A stretch of 62,266 nucleotides of DNA, from assembly GCA_963784355.1 (NCBI GenBank), contig CAWAQU010000008.1, positions 1 to 62,266 of the forward strand, given 5' to 3'. The notes under the pieces are model-generated. The model saw only the letters and a program-made list of their open reading frames with translations. It was not told the origin of the DNA and did not search any database. Positions 1 through 11,339 of this stretch are shown one piece after another. Positions within the stretch are counted from its first letter, which is position 1. Each line of letters opens with the position of its first letter. The position numbers and the translations under genes were made by a program. This stretch comes from an uncultured bacterium (lineage in GTDB: Bacteria; Patescibacteriota; JACMRA01).

Positions 1-2128
1 ATCAGTTGTATATCGACCAAAATCATAACAATCAACAAGACGGAGATGAAAGCAATGGTAGAAGAGATCAAACTATAATCACTACAGGAGTCTATGTCTT
101 TAAAGATGCAGTTACTGGGAATATTCTGGGTAATGTAAGCTCACAAACAGATTATACAGACCCAGCTACACTCATATTCAAAAGACTTCCTAATAAAGAT
201 TACAAAGTTGAATTTACCCAAGTGCAGTCTCCTTATCCACCACTATCCGGTAGCGAGCTTACTAAACAATTCACAGTTGATAACATCACTAAAAACTTTA
301 GTCTTACTTACGGCTTTATCCCAACAAACAATAGTAGCATAAGTGGAAAAGTATATTTAAACAGAGGCAGCACTGATTATGAAGCAAATGGTTTAGATAA
401 TAATCCGGCAACTGTTTTTGATAATGAACAGCTATATAGTGGAAAAATTATTCAGCTGTATATGCATAATATACTTATTGCTACCCAAAATACTAATCAA
501 AACGGTGAGTACAACTTCCCAGGCCTTGCTGAAGGATATTACAGAGTACAAGTTGCTGACGTGGCGCCAAGTGGCACAACTTGTTTAATGTGCATTGCTG
601 AAGGGACATATGTATACCAAGACACCAACACTACTCAAGACTTTACTTATGACTACAATGCAGTCTTTACTATAGGAGCCTTTCATGACACAATTGCCAA
701 TGGTATCTGGGATGAGTCTGAATTAGCAACTGAAAAAGGTGGCCCAATAAGATTTACCCTGACTTATACAGGTGATCCTTTAACTACAGCTGATAACTCT
801 GTAGTAGCTACAAACGTTGGCCCAAATCCATGTTGCAGTAGAACCGGAATTGGAAATTTGATGCCGGGAAATTACTCAGTTAGTATTAACAATATTCCAT
901 CCGGAATTACCTTAGGCGGCGGTTTATCTAACCCTGATCCTATAGGTATTTTGGCTAGTGAAAATTTAGCAAAGAACTATCCATTTAGTCCTTTCACTAA
1001 CAATATTATTAAGGGTAAAGTATTTATCAACCAACGCGACGAGCAAGGTGAGAATGAATATAATACTGGGGAAACGGTACTTGCAGGTACGGTAGTTTCT
1101 GTGGTAGGGCCTCTTGGTACCTACACAGCTACAGCAAACTCAAGCGGAGACTACGAAATTACAGGACTGCCAACTGGTAATTACAAATTGCATAAGTTTA
1201 GTGATGGCGAGGGGGAGAGTAATCCTATTCCTAACGCTATTATACCAATTCAGTACGCTTCCGGTGTAGTTGATCAGTGTTTAACTACAATTAAATGTAA
1301 GAAAATACTTAGTGAAAAGTGGGTATGGGGTACAACTATGATTGGAGGTGTAGACTACAGCGATGCTGATATAGTTAAAGCTGGTGTCAATATAGATAAT
1401 AGTACAGTTATCACAAATAATCTGATTTATGTGTATACTAATAAATTAAAGGGGCAGTGTATTGATGATAAAAAATGGTGACGGACAGCTTAGTACTTAT
1501 CCCAACAACCCAGCTGATGGGCCGGTAGCTGGTTGTAACTTTGAAGTTAAGAAACAAAATGGTGAAGTAGTTTACAGTACTATTGGTAACTTTGATACAG
1601 GCCCATATTTAGAACCTGGTACTTACATAATTAAAAAGCTCAACAACTTAACCGGCAAACTAAACACAAATACAACTAAAAGTAGGTCTGGAGAAAGAGA
1701 AGATCCAACCACTGTCAACTTAGGTTCAGTTAGTGAGGTAACTCTAACTATCACAAATACAAGTATATATCAAAAATCAACAATCAACTTCTTCCAGTTT
1801 ACTCCGGTACTCACTTCCAACTCTTCCATAACAGGAAAAGTATTTAGGGATAAGGAAAATAATGGTAGTTTTGATATTTGTAGGACTTGATGAGGATATA
1901 TATACTTTAGAAGATAACGATGAGCCAATAGGTGGTGTACAAGTTAATCTATCCGGTACAGGGCCTAATGGTATTACAATAAATAGACAAGCAAGTACAG
2001 CAGTTGATGGTAAGTTCCAGTTTACTGATTTACCTCAAGGCACCTATACTGTTACTGCTACTGGGTTGCAGGTGGAGATTGGGAATAATAGTAGTGGAGA
2101 TGGAAGTGGTAGCGTAGAAACTCCTTAG
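1..2128 (+). CDS. Large surface protein with SdrD B-like/CnaB (prealbumin-fold) repeats; 5'-partial, split by two +1 frameshifts (~1470, ~1878)
   Basis: ORFs 6..1481, 1462..1890 and 1862..2128 share recurring motifs (ISGKVY/F, DxNxNG, GEYxFxGLxxGxY). Removing one A from the A6 run at 1470-1475 gives DDKNGDGQL. Removing one T near 1878 gives FDIVGLDED. Confidence 0.7.
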
Positions 2129-2238
2129 TAAACTTAGTAGGAAGTATTTGTGGGTTTGCAAGAGGAAGTAACAGCAATAAAATAGCCCCCTGGTTGGGGG
2201 GGGTTGGGGGTTGCAACAACTAATTATAATAGTGACAT

Positions 2239-2654
2239 TTAACCATTAATATCCACATTTATTTTTCTGTGGCTGCTCATTCTAAGTATAGGAATTTGAA
2301 TCACAAGAATACCTTGATTGATTGCGGCTTTGATTTTATCTATGTCCAGATTTTCATTTATTGTCAGCTCACGATAAATTCTCCCCAAAAACACTCTTCA
2401 AGTAATAAAGTAACACTAGCATCAGAATAAGGTTTTTTTCTTATACCTTTAATTGATAAAGTATTATTTTCAACTGAAATGTCAAGGTCCTTAGGATTTC
2501 CCCCGGCAACTGTGGACACAACATAAATACTTTCTTCATCTCTGTATACATCAACAGTTAATTGAGGTACTTCTTCAGGCTTCCAAGCAGCATTTGCACC
2601 TGTAGCTGATGAGGCATCTAAGGCTTGCTGGGTAGTTACATTAATTTGTGACAT
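2239..2654 (-). CDS. Hsp20/alpha-crystallin small heat-shock protein (one frameshift near 2377)
   Basis: VDVYRDEESIYVVSTVAG...LSIKGIR...ECFWGEF. Adding one T continues YRELTINENLDIDKIKAAINQGILVIQIP to TAA at 2239. Confidence 0.85.
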
Positions 2655-2657
2655 ATA

Positions 2658-3133
2658 TTATATTTCATGGTTTTTTAACATATTAATAATTTGCTGATTG
2701 TCTTATTGCTCCCAAATCGTATAAGCTATATTACCGTTCGGATTTATTAAAAATACCCCTCTTTTTTGTAGTATATGAAGCAAAAAACTTTTTAGGGGCC
2801 CCGTAAGCATCTCTAATTTGTTTTCCTTCATCCACTAGAATATCAAATTGGTAATTCTGTTTCTATAAATTTTTGATGGGATTTTTCATCAGCATGATTC
2901 ACACCATAAACTTCAACACCTAAATCTTTATACTCTTTATAAATATCTCTGATTCCGCATAGTTGCGAAGTACATCCGGGTGTATCATCCCCAGGGTAAA
3001 ATACTAGTAACACCTTTTTACCTTCTTTAAGCAATTTACTTAAACTAATCTCAATACCAGCTTGGTTTTTTGCTGTAAAATCAGGGGCTTTATCACCTAC
3101 TTTTAGTACTTTGGCTTCTGTTTCTTTACTCAT
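2658..3133 (-). CDS. bcp: Peroxiredoxin, BCP/PrxQ family (multiple frameshifts in the 3' half)
   Basis: GDKAPDF...FYPGDDTPGCTSQLC motif. Shifted frames continue YQFDILVDEGKQIRDAYG and RGVFLINPNGNIAY. Confidence 0.8.
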
Positions 3134-3175
3134 AGAATTATTCCAAATCTGTCTGAGTTGAAAATTATTGTCAAG

Positions 3176-3517
3176 CTAATACCCGACAAGTACTTTTTGT
3201 GTAGTTACTGTAGTTGTATTTGACTCTTTTGTTTTATCCTCTTTTATAATTGCATCATTTATTCTACCCAATTCGCTAGATTTAACAATTTCCAATTTTT
3301 TTGATTCTGCATCCACCTTAAGTTCATCATCAATTTTTCTTTCAATCTCACTTCTGTAACTAACCCTTTGAACTTGTTGTTTGTAGATGTTATTTTTCAA
3401 ATCATTTTTATATTTATTTAAACTAGACATATTGTTAACTACCAAAATTATGGAAAAAAAGGTAATTACAAATACCACAAGCAAAAAACTAAATCTCAAA
3501 ATTTGATTAATTTGCAT
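3176..3517 (-). CDS. Hypothetical single-pass membrane protein with coiled-coil region
   Basis: N-terminal hydrophobic helix then a charged helical stretch; TTGACA 35 bp upstream of ATG. Confidence 0.6.
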   Translation of the reverse strand: MQINQILRFSFLLVVFVITFFSIILVVNNMSSLNKYKNDLKNNIYKQQVQRVSYRSEIERKIDDELKVDAESKKLEIVKSSELGRINDAIIKEDKTKESNTTTVTTQKVLVGY

Positions 3518-3560
3518 AATTGTTTTAAGGTTAAGATATTATTGTTTGTCAATTATATTT

Positions 3561-4292
3561 ATGCGTTTAAATCAATTTTTAGCCCAAAATTTGGGTATCT
3601 CCAGGAGAGCAGGAGATAAGTACATTACTCAAGGTCTAGTTGAAGTCAACGGTGAAATAGGTCAGCTTTTTGATCAAATTAGCCAAAGTGATTCGGTCAG
3701 ATACTATAATAATCGTGAGTGGGTTGATATCAATAGTAATGGCGAAGATAGAACTATATTGTTTTACAAGCCAATATTTAGTTTAGTTTCAAAAAAGCCG
3801 GAGTTTGGCAAAAAGACTGTTTATGATCTACTACCAAAAGCTTACCAAAATTTAAAGTATGCAGGGAGGCTAGACTATATGAGCGAGGGGCTACTTGTCC
3901 TCACAACCAGTGGCGAATTAATCCAAACCCTGACTCACCCAAGCAATGAATCAGACAAAGAGTATCTTGTGGGATTGAAATACGCTTTGAAAAAAGAAGA
4001 GGTGGGTGAAATGAAAAGTGGTATGACGCTTGAAGGCGTAAAGTTAAACCCTGTAATGGTAAATCTGTACAAAGCTGCCGATGTAGAATCTAGGCACGAT
4101 GAGTACAATTTTTTGAGCTTGCAGAGGAATTTTTGGTGGTATAAATTTACTTTATCAGAAGGAAAGAATAACCAAATCCGCAATATGTGTGAGGCTTTTG
4201 GGCAAAAAGTACTACGACTAATTAGGGTAAAGCAAGGTGAGTATTACTTAGATTCAAAACTTTATAAACAAAAAATTATTGAGGTAAGATAA
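3561..4292 (+). CDS. rRNA pseudouridine synthase, RsuA/RluB family
   Basis: S4 domain MRLNQFLA...SRR, catalytic GRLD, EGKNNQIR and LRLIRV motifs. ATG at 3561 preferred to the TTG at 3546. Confidence 0.92.
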   Translation: MRLNQFLAQNLGISRRAGDKYITQGLVEVNGEIGQLFDQISQSDSVRYYNNREWVDINSNGEDRTILFYKPIFSLVSKKPEFGKKTVYDLLPKAYQNLKYAGRLDYMSEGLLVLTTSGELIQTLTHPSNESDKEYLVGLKYALKKEEVGEMKSGMTLEGVKLNPVMVNLYKAADVESRHDEYNFLSLQRNFWWYKFTLSEGKNNQIRNMCEAFGQKVLRLIRVKQGEYYLDSKLYKQKIIEVR

Positions 4293-4357
4293 AGTAAGCC
4301 ATAATCAATGCAAATAGTTGATAAAATAAGCCACCAAAGTGAGCTGGATATTACGAT

Positions 4358-4386
4358 TTTACAAAAAGAAATATATTCGATATACT
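4358..4386 (+). promoter_or_regulatory. Sigma70-type promoter of the surface-protein operon
   Basis: TTTACA(4358)-17 bp-TATACT(4381). Confidence 0.55.
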
Positions 4387-4480
4387 TACATAAATAAGTA
4401 GTGAAACCTTGTATTCAGTGTATTTAGTATTTACACTTATTGAGGTAAATTAATAAAAATAAAAATAAAAAACATATATT

Positions 4481-5932
4481 ATGGTAGATTTTCGGAAGAT
4501 TCAATTCCGTTTAAATTATAGTAAAAAAAGCTGGTATATAATTGCTTCTGCTTCTTTTGCTATTTGTATTTTTGCATTAGGCATTCTTAGTGTAAATAGT
4601 AATCTGTTTTCAAAACAACCACGGGTAGCATTAGCTAATCTTGATTGTAGTTTAAATAATGTAGCTACAATAACTTATGATGGGGCAGTTGATACTATTT
4701 ATTCTAATGAATTAGCTTATCCGATGGAGTGTGTAGTAACTAATAGTACTTCAACTTCTGGAACAGGTAGTAGTAGTAGTAGTAGTACGAGTACTTCAAC
4801 TTCAGGTACTAATACTTCAACAACTAGTAATACAAGTAACACCACTGATACAACAAATACTGCAACTAATACAAGTACTTCAACCTCAGGTACTAATACA
4901 GCAACAAACACTTCTAACACAAGCAATACTGCAACTAATACAGGTTCTAACACGAGTAATACAGCTACAAGTACAAGTGGAACTGCTACTTCAACCTCAG
5001 GTACTAATACTTCAGGCACGGCTGGTACTACTAATACGACCAGTAATACGACTGATACAGCTACAAGTACAAGTGGAACAGGTACTAACACTACGAGCAC
5101 TGCTACTTCAACCTCAGGTACTAACACAAGTAATACTACAAACACTTCTAACACAAGCAATACTGCAACTAATACAGGTTCTAACACGAGTAATACAGCT
5201 ACAAGTACAAGTGGAACTGCTACTTCAACCTCAGGTACGACTTCAGGAACAACATCTACAAGTACAAGTGGAACAGGTACTAATACTACGAGCACTGCTA
5301 CTTCAACCTCAGGTACTAATACAGGTTCTAACACGAGTAATACAGCTACAAGTACAAGTGGAACAAGCACAAATACAGGTTCTAATACTACGAGCACTGC
5401 TACTTCAACCTCAGGTACTAATACTTCAGGTACAAATACAGCAACTAACACTTCTAATACAAGTAATACTGCAACTAATACAGGTTCTAACACGAGTAAT
5501 ACAGCTACAAGTACAAGTGGAACTGCTACTTCAACCTCAGGTACTAATACTTCTAATACGAGTAATACAAGTAACAACACAAGTAACACAACTAATACAG
5601 GTTCTAATACAGGTACTACTTCTAATACAGCAACGAACACTTCTAATACAAGCAATACTGCAACTAACACAGGTACTAACACGAGTAATACCTCTAACAC
5701 GACCAATACGGCTACAAATACAAGCAATACTGCAACTAACACAGCCACTAACACAACTAATACAAGCAAAAATACTAACACCTCAAACTCATCCAACACA
5801 ACCATGGATCCAATTAGTAATGTAATTAGAACTGGAGGAGAGTCTATAGTAAAAATTGTATCTCTAGTAGGACTAATATCAGTCTTTGTACTTTATCGTA
5901 AAAAACATAAGCAAAAAGTAGATTTAAAGTAG
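4481..5932 (+). CDS. Anchored Thr/Ser/Asn-rich stalk protein with a short Cys-bracketed N-terminal hairpin and a C-terminal IRTG + TM + basic tail
   Basis: Signal peptide ending VALA, 34-aa unique segment, ~355 aa low-complexity T/S/N/G, then VIRTGG-hydrophobic helix-RKKHKQK. Confidence 0.8.
   Translation: MVDFRKIQFRLNYSKKSWYIIASASFAICIFALGILSVNSNLFSKQPRVALANLDCSLNNVATITYDGAVDTIYSNELAYPMECVVTNSTSTSGTGSSSSSSTSTSTSGTNTSTTSNTSNTTDTTNTATNTSTSTSGTNTATNTSNTSNTATNTGSNTSNTATSTSGTATSTSGTNTSGTAGTTNTTSNTTDTATSTSGTGTNTTSTATSTSGTNTSNTTNTSNTSNTATNTGSNTSNTATSTSGTATSTSGTTSGTTSTSTSGTGTNTTSTATSTSGTNTGSNTSNTATSTSGTSTNTGSNTTSTATSTSGTNTSGTNTATNTSNTSNTATNTGSNTSNTATSTSGTATSTSGTNTSNTSNTSNNTSNTTNTGSNTGTTSNTATNTSNTSNTATNTGTNTSNTSNTTNTATNTSNTATNTATNTTNTSKNTNTSNSSNTTMDPISNVIRTGGESIVKIVSLVGLISVFVLYRKKHKQKVDLK
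4739..5800 (+). repeat. Intragenic degenerate tandem repeats, including a ~98-bp unit in three copies (4907, 5141, 5447)
   Basis: aacacttctaa(c/t)acaag(c/t)aatactgcaactaatacaggttctaacacgagtaatacagctacaagtacaagtggaactgctacttcaacctcaggtac recurs nearly identically. Confidence 0.9.
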
Positions 5933-8900
5933 GAAAAGTAAAAAATTAAATAAAATACAAGCCCAGCTTAAATAAAAATAAAAATACATACAAAAACAAA
6001 CACAAAAACAAATAACGCATATGAAGAAAACAAATCCTTTTTTTAAAGTTTCAAAACTAATAGTTAAAATAAAAAGTAGACTAGAAGGTAAATTAAAATT
6101 AAAAAGTAAGTTTGAAGATAAGTTTACTGGAAAGTATAAATGGTTAGTAAAGAGACCTGCAGTTTTTACTCTAATTACTACTTTACTTTTTTCTTTAGTA
6201 CTTGGAGCTGGATTGTTTGTGTTAAATGATAAGTTGCAAGTAAGAAAGGATGCAAGGGCTAGTTATAATGTGCCGGCGGTGGATAAGGAGTGTGCGTTTA
6301 GATTGGATATTATTGAATTTAGTAACGGACAAGTAATGCAGAATTTAGGAGGGTGTATACTGATTTTAGAACAAACGGAGCATCAGCAATAGGTTCACAA
6401 TCATATTATAACAACGACCCATTAAACGCTACTTCTTTTAACAAAAATTTAGCAGCTCGGTACAAAGTGTTTCAGTATAATAGTATTGAAATCACTAACC
6501 GTGACGAAGATAATAAAAAAGTTACCGTTAAAATTAACGCCTCACTAAGCAGGGATGTGGATACTAATTACACAATGTATAGAATCTATTCACTCGGAAT
6601 CGCTGAAGATGTTTCTACTTTTAACGGAAATGTTGTTACTGAAGGTTACGTCTGTGCCCCAGAACAAGTAAATGGTGTAAGCACTACTACTAATTCTGAC
6701 GGAAGTATTACGGTTAATTGGAGCAATCCGGGAAATAATAATATTGGGGGGGTCCTGTCATTTGCCCTACAATGCTCTCCAGATCAGCAAAGTTGGTTTG
6801 GATGCGGCTACACAACTGTTAATGATATTTTATCTTTAAAAATAAGTAATGGGTTAAAGTCTGGAACCAATTATTTTAGAGTATTCGCAGATAATACCAT
6901 TGGTTTGAGCAAACCTTCTAACATTGCTTCAGCCACTTTTAAAAGTAGGCCTAATAAAGTAACTAATTTGGCAGCTAGTTGGGATGGTACTAAAATTAAT
7001 CTTACTTGGAGTGCTCCTGCTGACAATTCATCACCTATTACTGGGTATGAAGTTAAATACACAACTGATGGAACTATTTGGAGTACTCATTCTACAGTCA
7101 ACACTACAAATCTAACTATAGACGATTCCACTAATTTTCCAGTAGGTAATTATGCGTTTAAAGTTATCGTATCTAACTCTATTGGCAAGACTGGCGATTC
7201 GAATTTTGCAAATCTGAAAGATCCTAATAACCCTGATAGCTTTAATCTTAATTTGAAGTATGAAGACGGTGCGGTATTTGGCTGGGGCGCTAACTCAGAC
7301 AGTTCGCTAACTGCTCAACAATTATGCATGGGAGGCGTGGGTCTTGAACCAAATGTATTCCAGCCCACTCAAGTCACTTCACTCAGTGAAAGCAATAGCG
7401 ATCTTAACGGAAATAATATTAAAAAAATAGTTGGAAACAGTCGTTTTGGAAGTCGTTCATTAATACTAACCAAAAATGGAAAAGTATACGGCTGCGGGGA
7501 TAACCGAGCAGGAATATTAGGAAGAGGAGTTCTTTATAGTAGTTTTAACTCTAACGGTGCAACAGCACCAGATCACACCCTTTCACCAGGCCAATATTTA
7601 TCATATTCCGGAGTGCCCGAAGAAATTTCTAAAGTCAACTTTTTAGATGGGGAATCTATTACCGACATTGAGCTTGAAGAGACGATAGCCCTGGCTTCAA
7701 CTAATTTTGGCAGAGTTTTGTATTGGGGACAAGGTGGATTTTGTGCTATGGGTGTAGGCCAAAAAAATAGCGGTGGTCAATGCGATGGTGTTAATAGCAG
7801 CGTGCCAAGAGAGCTTTTAGTTAAATCCGGCGGCATAAGTATGGCTGGAACGGTAGTTAAGGTTAGTAGAAACTATAGCAATGAATTGATGCTAAACGAT
7901 AAAGGAGAAGTCTGGACAACATGTTATTGGTGCGTTGCAAACGGCCAAATTAACCTCAGCAGCACTGACTATGGGGGATCAAGCGGTAATACCCAAGCTC
8001 CACCTATAATTAAAATTGAGAACGTCAATAACATGACCGAAATCGCAGGGGTGGGGTTCAACGGCATTGTAGCTTTAAAATCTGACGGAACGCTTTGGAC
8101 TTTAGCCGGACACGATTCCAGTAGCTATTCTGCAGGTGCATACCTTGGTACTGGTGCTAGTACTGTCACCTCTCCTGTTCAAATTAATTTTGGTGGGGAA
8201 AAAATACAAGAATTCAAATGCAAGGGTACTAGCTGTGTAGCTCTTGACGAAGTTGGTAAGGTTTGGATGTGGGGAGTAGATATCGTTGTTCCGACCACAC
8301 AAACTCTTTCTAACTACAAATCAAAGGTTAATACTCCTATAAGTATCCCTACTTCATATTTTGGAGGTAAAAAAATTAAAAGTATTGCCAATGGAAGCAG
8401 TAACTATACAGTACTCGATGAAGATGGGGAAGTTTGGGCTTGGGGTGAAGATAACGTAGGTCAAATTGGACAAGGTCAAGAAGCCTGGAATAACACAAAA
8501 ATGTACTCAGCTCCAATCAAAGTAAAATCTCCTCAGAGCATAAACGATAATTTAGAAAATATAAGTAGTGTCTACTCTAATGGCTACAATGCTTCCACCT
8601 TCGCAACAACCTCCACAACCCCCTCCCGCATCCTAGACTGCAGGTTACCTTCAAACCCACTTGACCCAGCTTCTACTCCTAAACCAGTAGCTCCAATCAT
8701 TGTTCCTGAGTATGCTAAAGTAAATCATGATATTTTTGGTCTTACTCTAGATAAAGATTCTAACTTGTATGTACTTAAAGCACCTCGCGACTCTTCTTCA
8801 ACAGGTAGATCTATTTACTACCCTGATGCTGATTCCCGGTCTAACCCAGCTCTTTATTCTTCTGATCTTTCTATTACTAAACTTGCTCCTTCTGTAACTG

Positions 8901-10129
8901 CTACCCCTAAGATTCCTTCTAGTATTACTCCTAACTGGAAAACTATTTCTAATTGGGGAAGACCAATGGATTTAGATACTCCTGGATTTAAGAGTCTTGT
9001 CTCTAACAATACTTTGTATACCTTTGGGTTAAGAGTAAAACCAGGTTCTGACTTAGAGTCTTCTCTTACTGTTTCCTTAGCTGACTCTGATCCTAATAAT
9101 GATGCTATTCCCCACGACGCAGATATTACAGGTCAAGTAGAAGGCTTTGTTACTAAAATTGATATTGCCACTGGTAATGTGATAGGTACTCAAGGAGGAT
9201 TTAAAGCAGCAGGGTTTGCTAAAGACTTTGGTGATATTTCAGTAAATCAAAATGGTGAAGTATTCATTGACGATACAAGACATCAAGCCGGAGGACAGGT
9301 GCAAGATAGTACCAGTGGCTCCTCTGCCTTTACTCCTAATACTTACAAGTATATTCAAAAGGGAGCTAGTAGCGCCCCCACTCCAGCTTCTGCTCTTACT
9401 CCTAATCCTAGTTTTTCTACCTTACCTGAGAATACCTTTTTAGATATCGCTTCAAGAGATGATGGAAAGAGTCTTTCCTTTGTAGGGCCAAATAGTATTC
9501 AAAACTATGGAACAGATATCTATTCTATTGATGGAAGTGGTAGCGCTCAGTTCATGAACTTGTCTTTAATGCATCCTTATGATGGAGGAGACCTGGAAGT
9601 AGCTAAAGCTGATACTACGTATGAAGGAGGACAGAACGGGACTGGTGGAACTGGAAATGGACTAGACTTACAAGGTAATAACTTTGCTTACTATACTATT
9701 GGATATGGAAGTCAGATAAGACCAAGTCTTGGAAGAGTAAACAAAGATAATACCATTACTTATTCTAACAACCACCCAGTAGATAAAGATTTTATCTCTT
9801 CTAATACAGGATATATGGATAAAGTAGTCTTTGATCTAGAGAATCAAGTTATCTACTACAAGAATGGAAGTAGAACAGAAAACAATTTAGACCAGACTAT
9901 TGGAAAAATATATTGTCCTAAGACTCAGGCTGAGGCTGATACTCCTGATCCTAACCCTAATTGCACAACAACAGGTACTTGTCCTAAGCCTCCTAGTTGT
10001 ACAACAGGTACTTGTACTGATGATGGTACTACTACTTGACCCGCATCTGCTAAACTAGACATAAGTTTCTGAACTATTCAGAAATGATTTAAAACAGTTA
10101 CATTTTAAAACAGTTACATAATTTATGTT

Positions 10130-10408
10130 ATGAAAGGCAGGCGTTTCCCTCAAGAACTCAAAGATCAAATCCTTGAGCAAATTAAAACATCAGGTAAAAG
10201 TATTGTAGAAATATGTCGTGAGAACGGATTAAACGAAAAAACAGTATATGGTTGGACTAAAAACAAGATGCTAGAATCAGGTCATCAACAAAACTTAACT
10301 CTAGAAGTAGCAAGACTGAAAAGAGAAAAACAACAATTAATTGATTTAATAGGTAGACTTACAATTGATGTTGATAAGCTGAATAAAAAAAAAGATAAAC
10401 TGTTTTGA
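10130..10408 (+). CDS. IS3 transposase OrfA (HTH + leucine zipper)
   Basis: RRFPQELKDQIL...SIVEICRENGLNEKTVYGW...EVARLKREKQQL. Confidence 0.9.
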   Translation: MKGRRFPQELKDQILEQIKTSGKSIVEICRENGLNEKTVYGWTKNKMLESGHQQNLTLEVARLKREKQQLIDLIGRLTIDVDKLNKKKDKLF

Positions 10409-11339
10409 AATCAACAAACTGCCTAAATCTGAAAGGTTAAAACTGGCTAGAGTCTGCTTAATTGAGTATCCAAGTACAAACAAATCGCTACTGGCTAATA
10501 TTCTTAAGCTCAATAGAACATCACTTTATCTGACTTCTAAACGAAATCTGTCAGATAATCATCATAAACAAGAAATATTATCGTTACTTGAGGACAATCC
10601 TTGTTATGGCTACCGTAGGGTAGCTATTTACTTTAAGTGGAGTAATAATAGGGCAAGACGGATTATGAGGAAATTTAGTATCTATCCACATTACAGGAAG
10701 CCAAAATATTTAGTTAAAAAGTGTGATTTAGGTAGGGTTGAATTAGAAATACCAAATCTGCTTAAACCAATTATTACAGAAAAACAGTTAACAAAACCTA
10801 ATCAAGCATGGTCAGCTGATTTTACATATCTTAGCTACAACAACTCATTTCTTTACTTAGCTACAGTTATTGATACTTTTTCTAAAGAAGTTGTAGGGTT
10901 TGAAATTAGTAACAGGCATAATACTGCTTTAGTGACAAAAGCTTTGGGTATGGCGATTAAAAGATTTGGAGCACCTAGCATATTTCACTCTGATCAGGGT
11001 AGTGAATATACCTCGTATGATTATCAGGAATTGTTAAACGATCTAGGTATTGGTATTTCATTATCTAAAAAAGCCAGTCCTTGGGAAAACGGGTATCAGG
11101 AGAGTTTTTACGGTAAATTTAAATTTGAACTGGGTAGATTAAACAGATTCAAATCTGTGGAACTTGCAGGTGAAGCTATTTACAAGCAGATTTACTATTA
11201 CAACAATAAAAGGATTCATACTTCAATTAGAGAAATACCTGCTAATTTTAGGAGGAAATATGAGGAGCTAAGTCAAGTACAAAATCAGTTTAAAAAAGAT
11301 CAAGAAAATCAGTTTAAAAGTTTAGAATTAAGTGTCTAG
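10383..11339 (+). CDS. IS3 transposase OrfB (rve/DDE integrase core); frame open from 10383
   Basis: YGYRR upstream of the annotated ATG; WSADFTY, FHSDQGSEY, ENGYQESFYGKFK, YYNNKRIH. Confidence 0.92.
   Translation: MKKKINCFEINKLPKSERLKLARVCLIEYPSTNKSLLANILKLNRTSLYLTSKRNLSDNHHKQEILSLLEDNPCYGYRRVAIYFKWSNNRARRIMRKFSIYPHYRKPKYLVKKCDLGRVELEIPNLLKPIITEKQLTKPNQAWSADFTYLSYNNSFLYLATVIDTFSKEVVGFEISNRHNTALVTKALGMAIKRFGAPSIFHSDQGSEYTSYDYQELLNDLGIGISLSKKASPWENGYQESFYGKFKFELGRLNRFKSVELAGEAIYKQIYYYNNKRIHTSIREIPANFRRKYEELSQVQNQFKKDQENQFKSLELSV

Noticed and set aside
4739-5800. Possible CRISPR array
   Set aside because: The repeats are in-frame coding blocks with no unique spacers, and no cas genes are present.
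4717-5825. Long Val/Leu-rich antisense ORF (4717..5805) and Leu/Gln-rich alternative-frame ORF (4977..5825)
   Set aside because: Shadows of the Thr/Ser/Asn repeat codons, which lack stops in other frames. The same applies to 11393..11749 and 11533..11874.
2150-8660. Loose inverted similarity between the G-rich tract at 2150-2213 and the C-rich tract at 8593-8652 (possible invertible segment)
   Set aside because: Short low-complexity matches with inconsistent spacing; no invertase seen.
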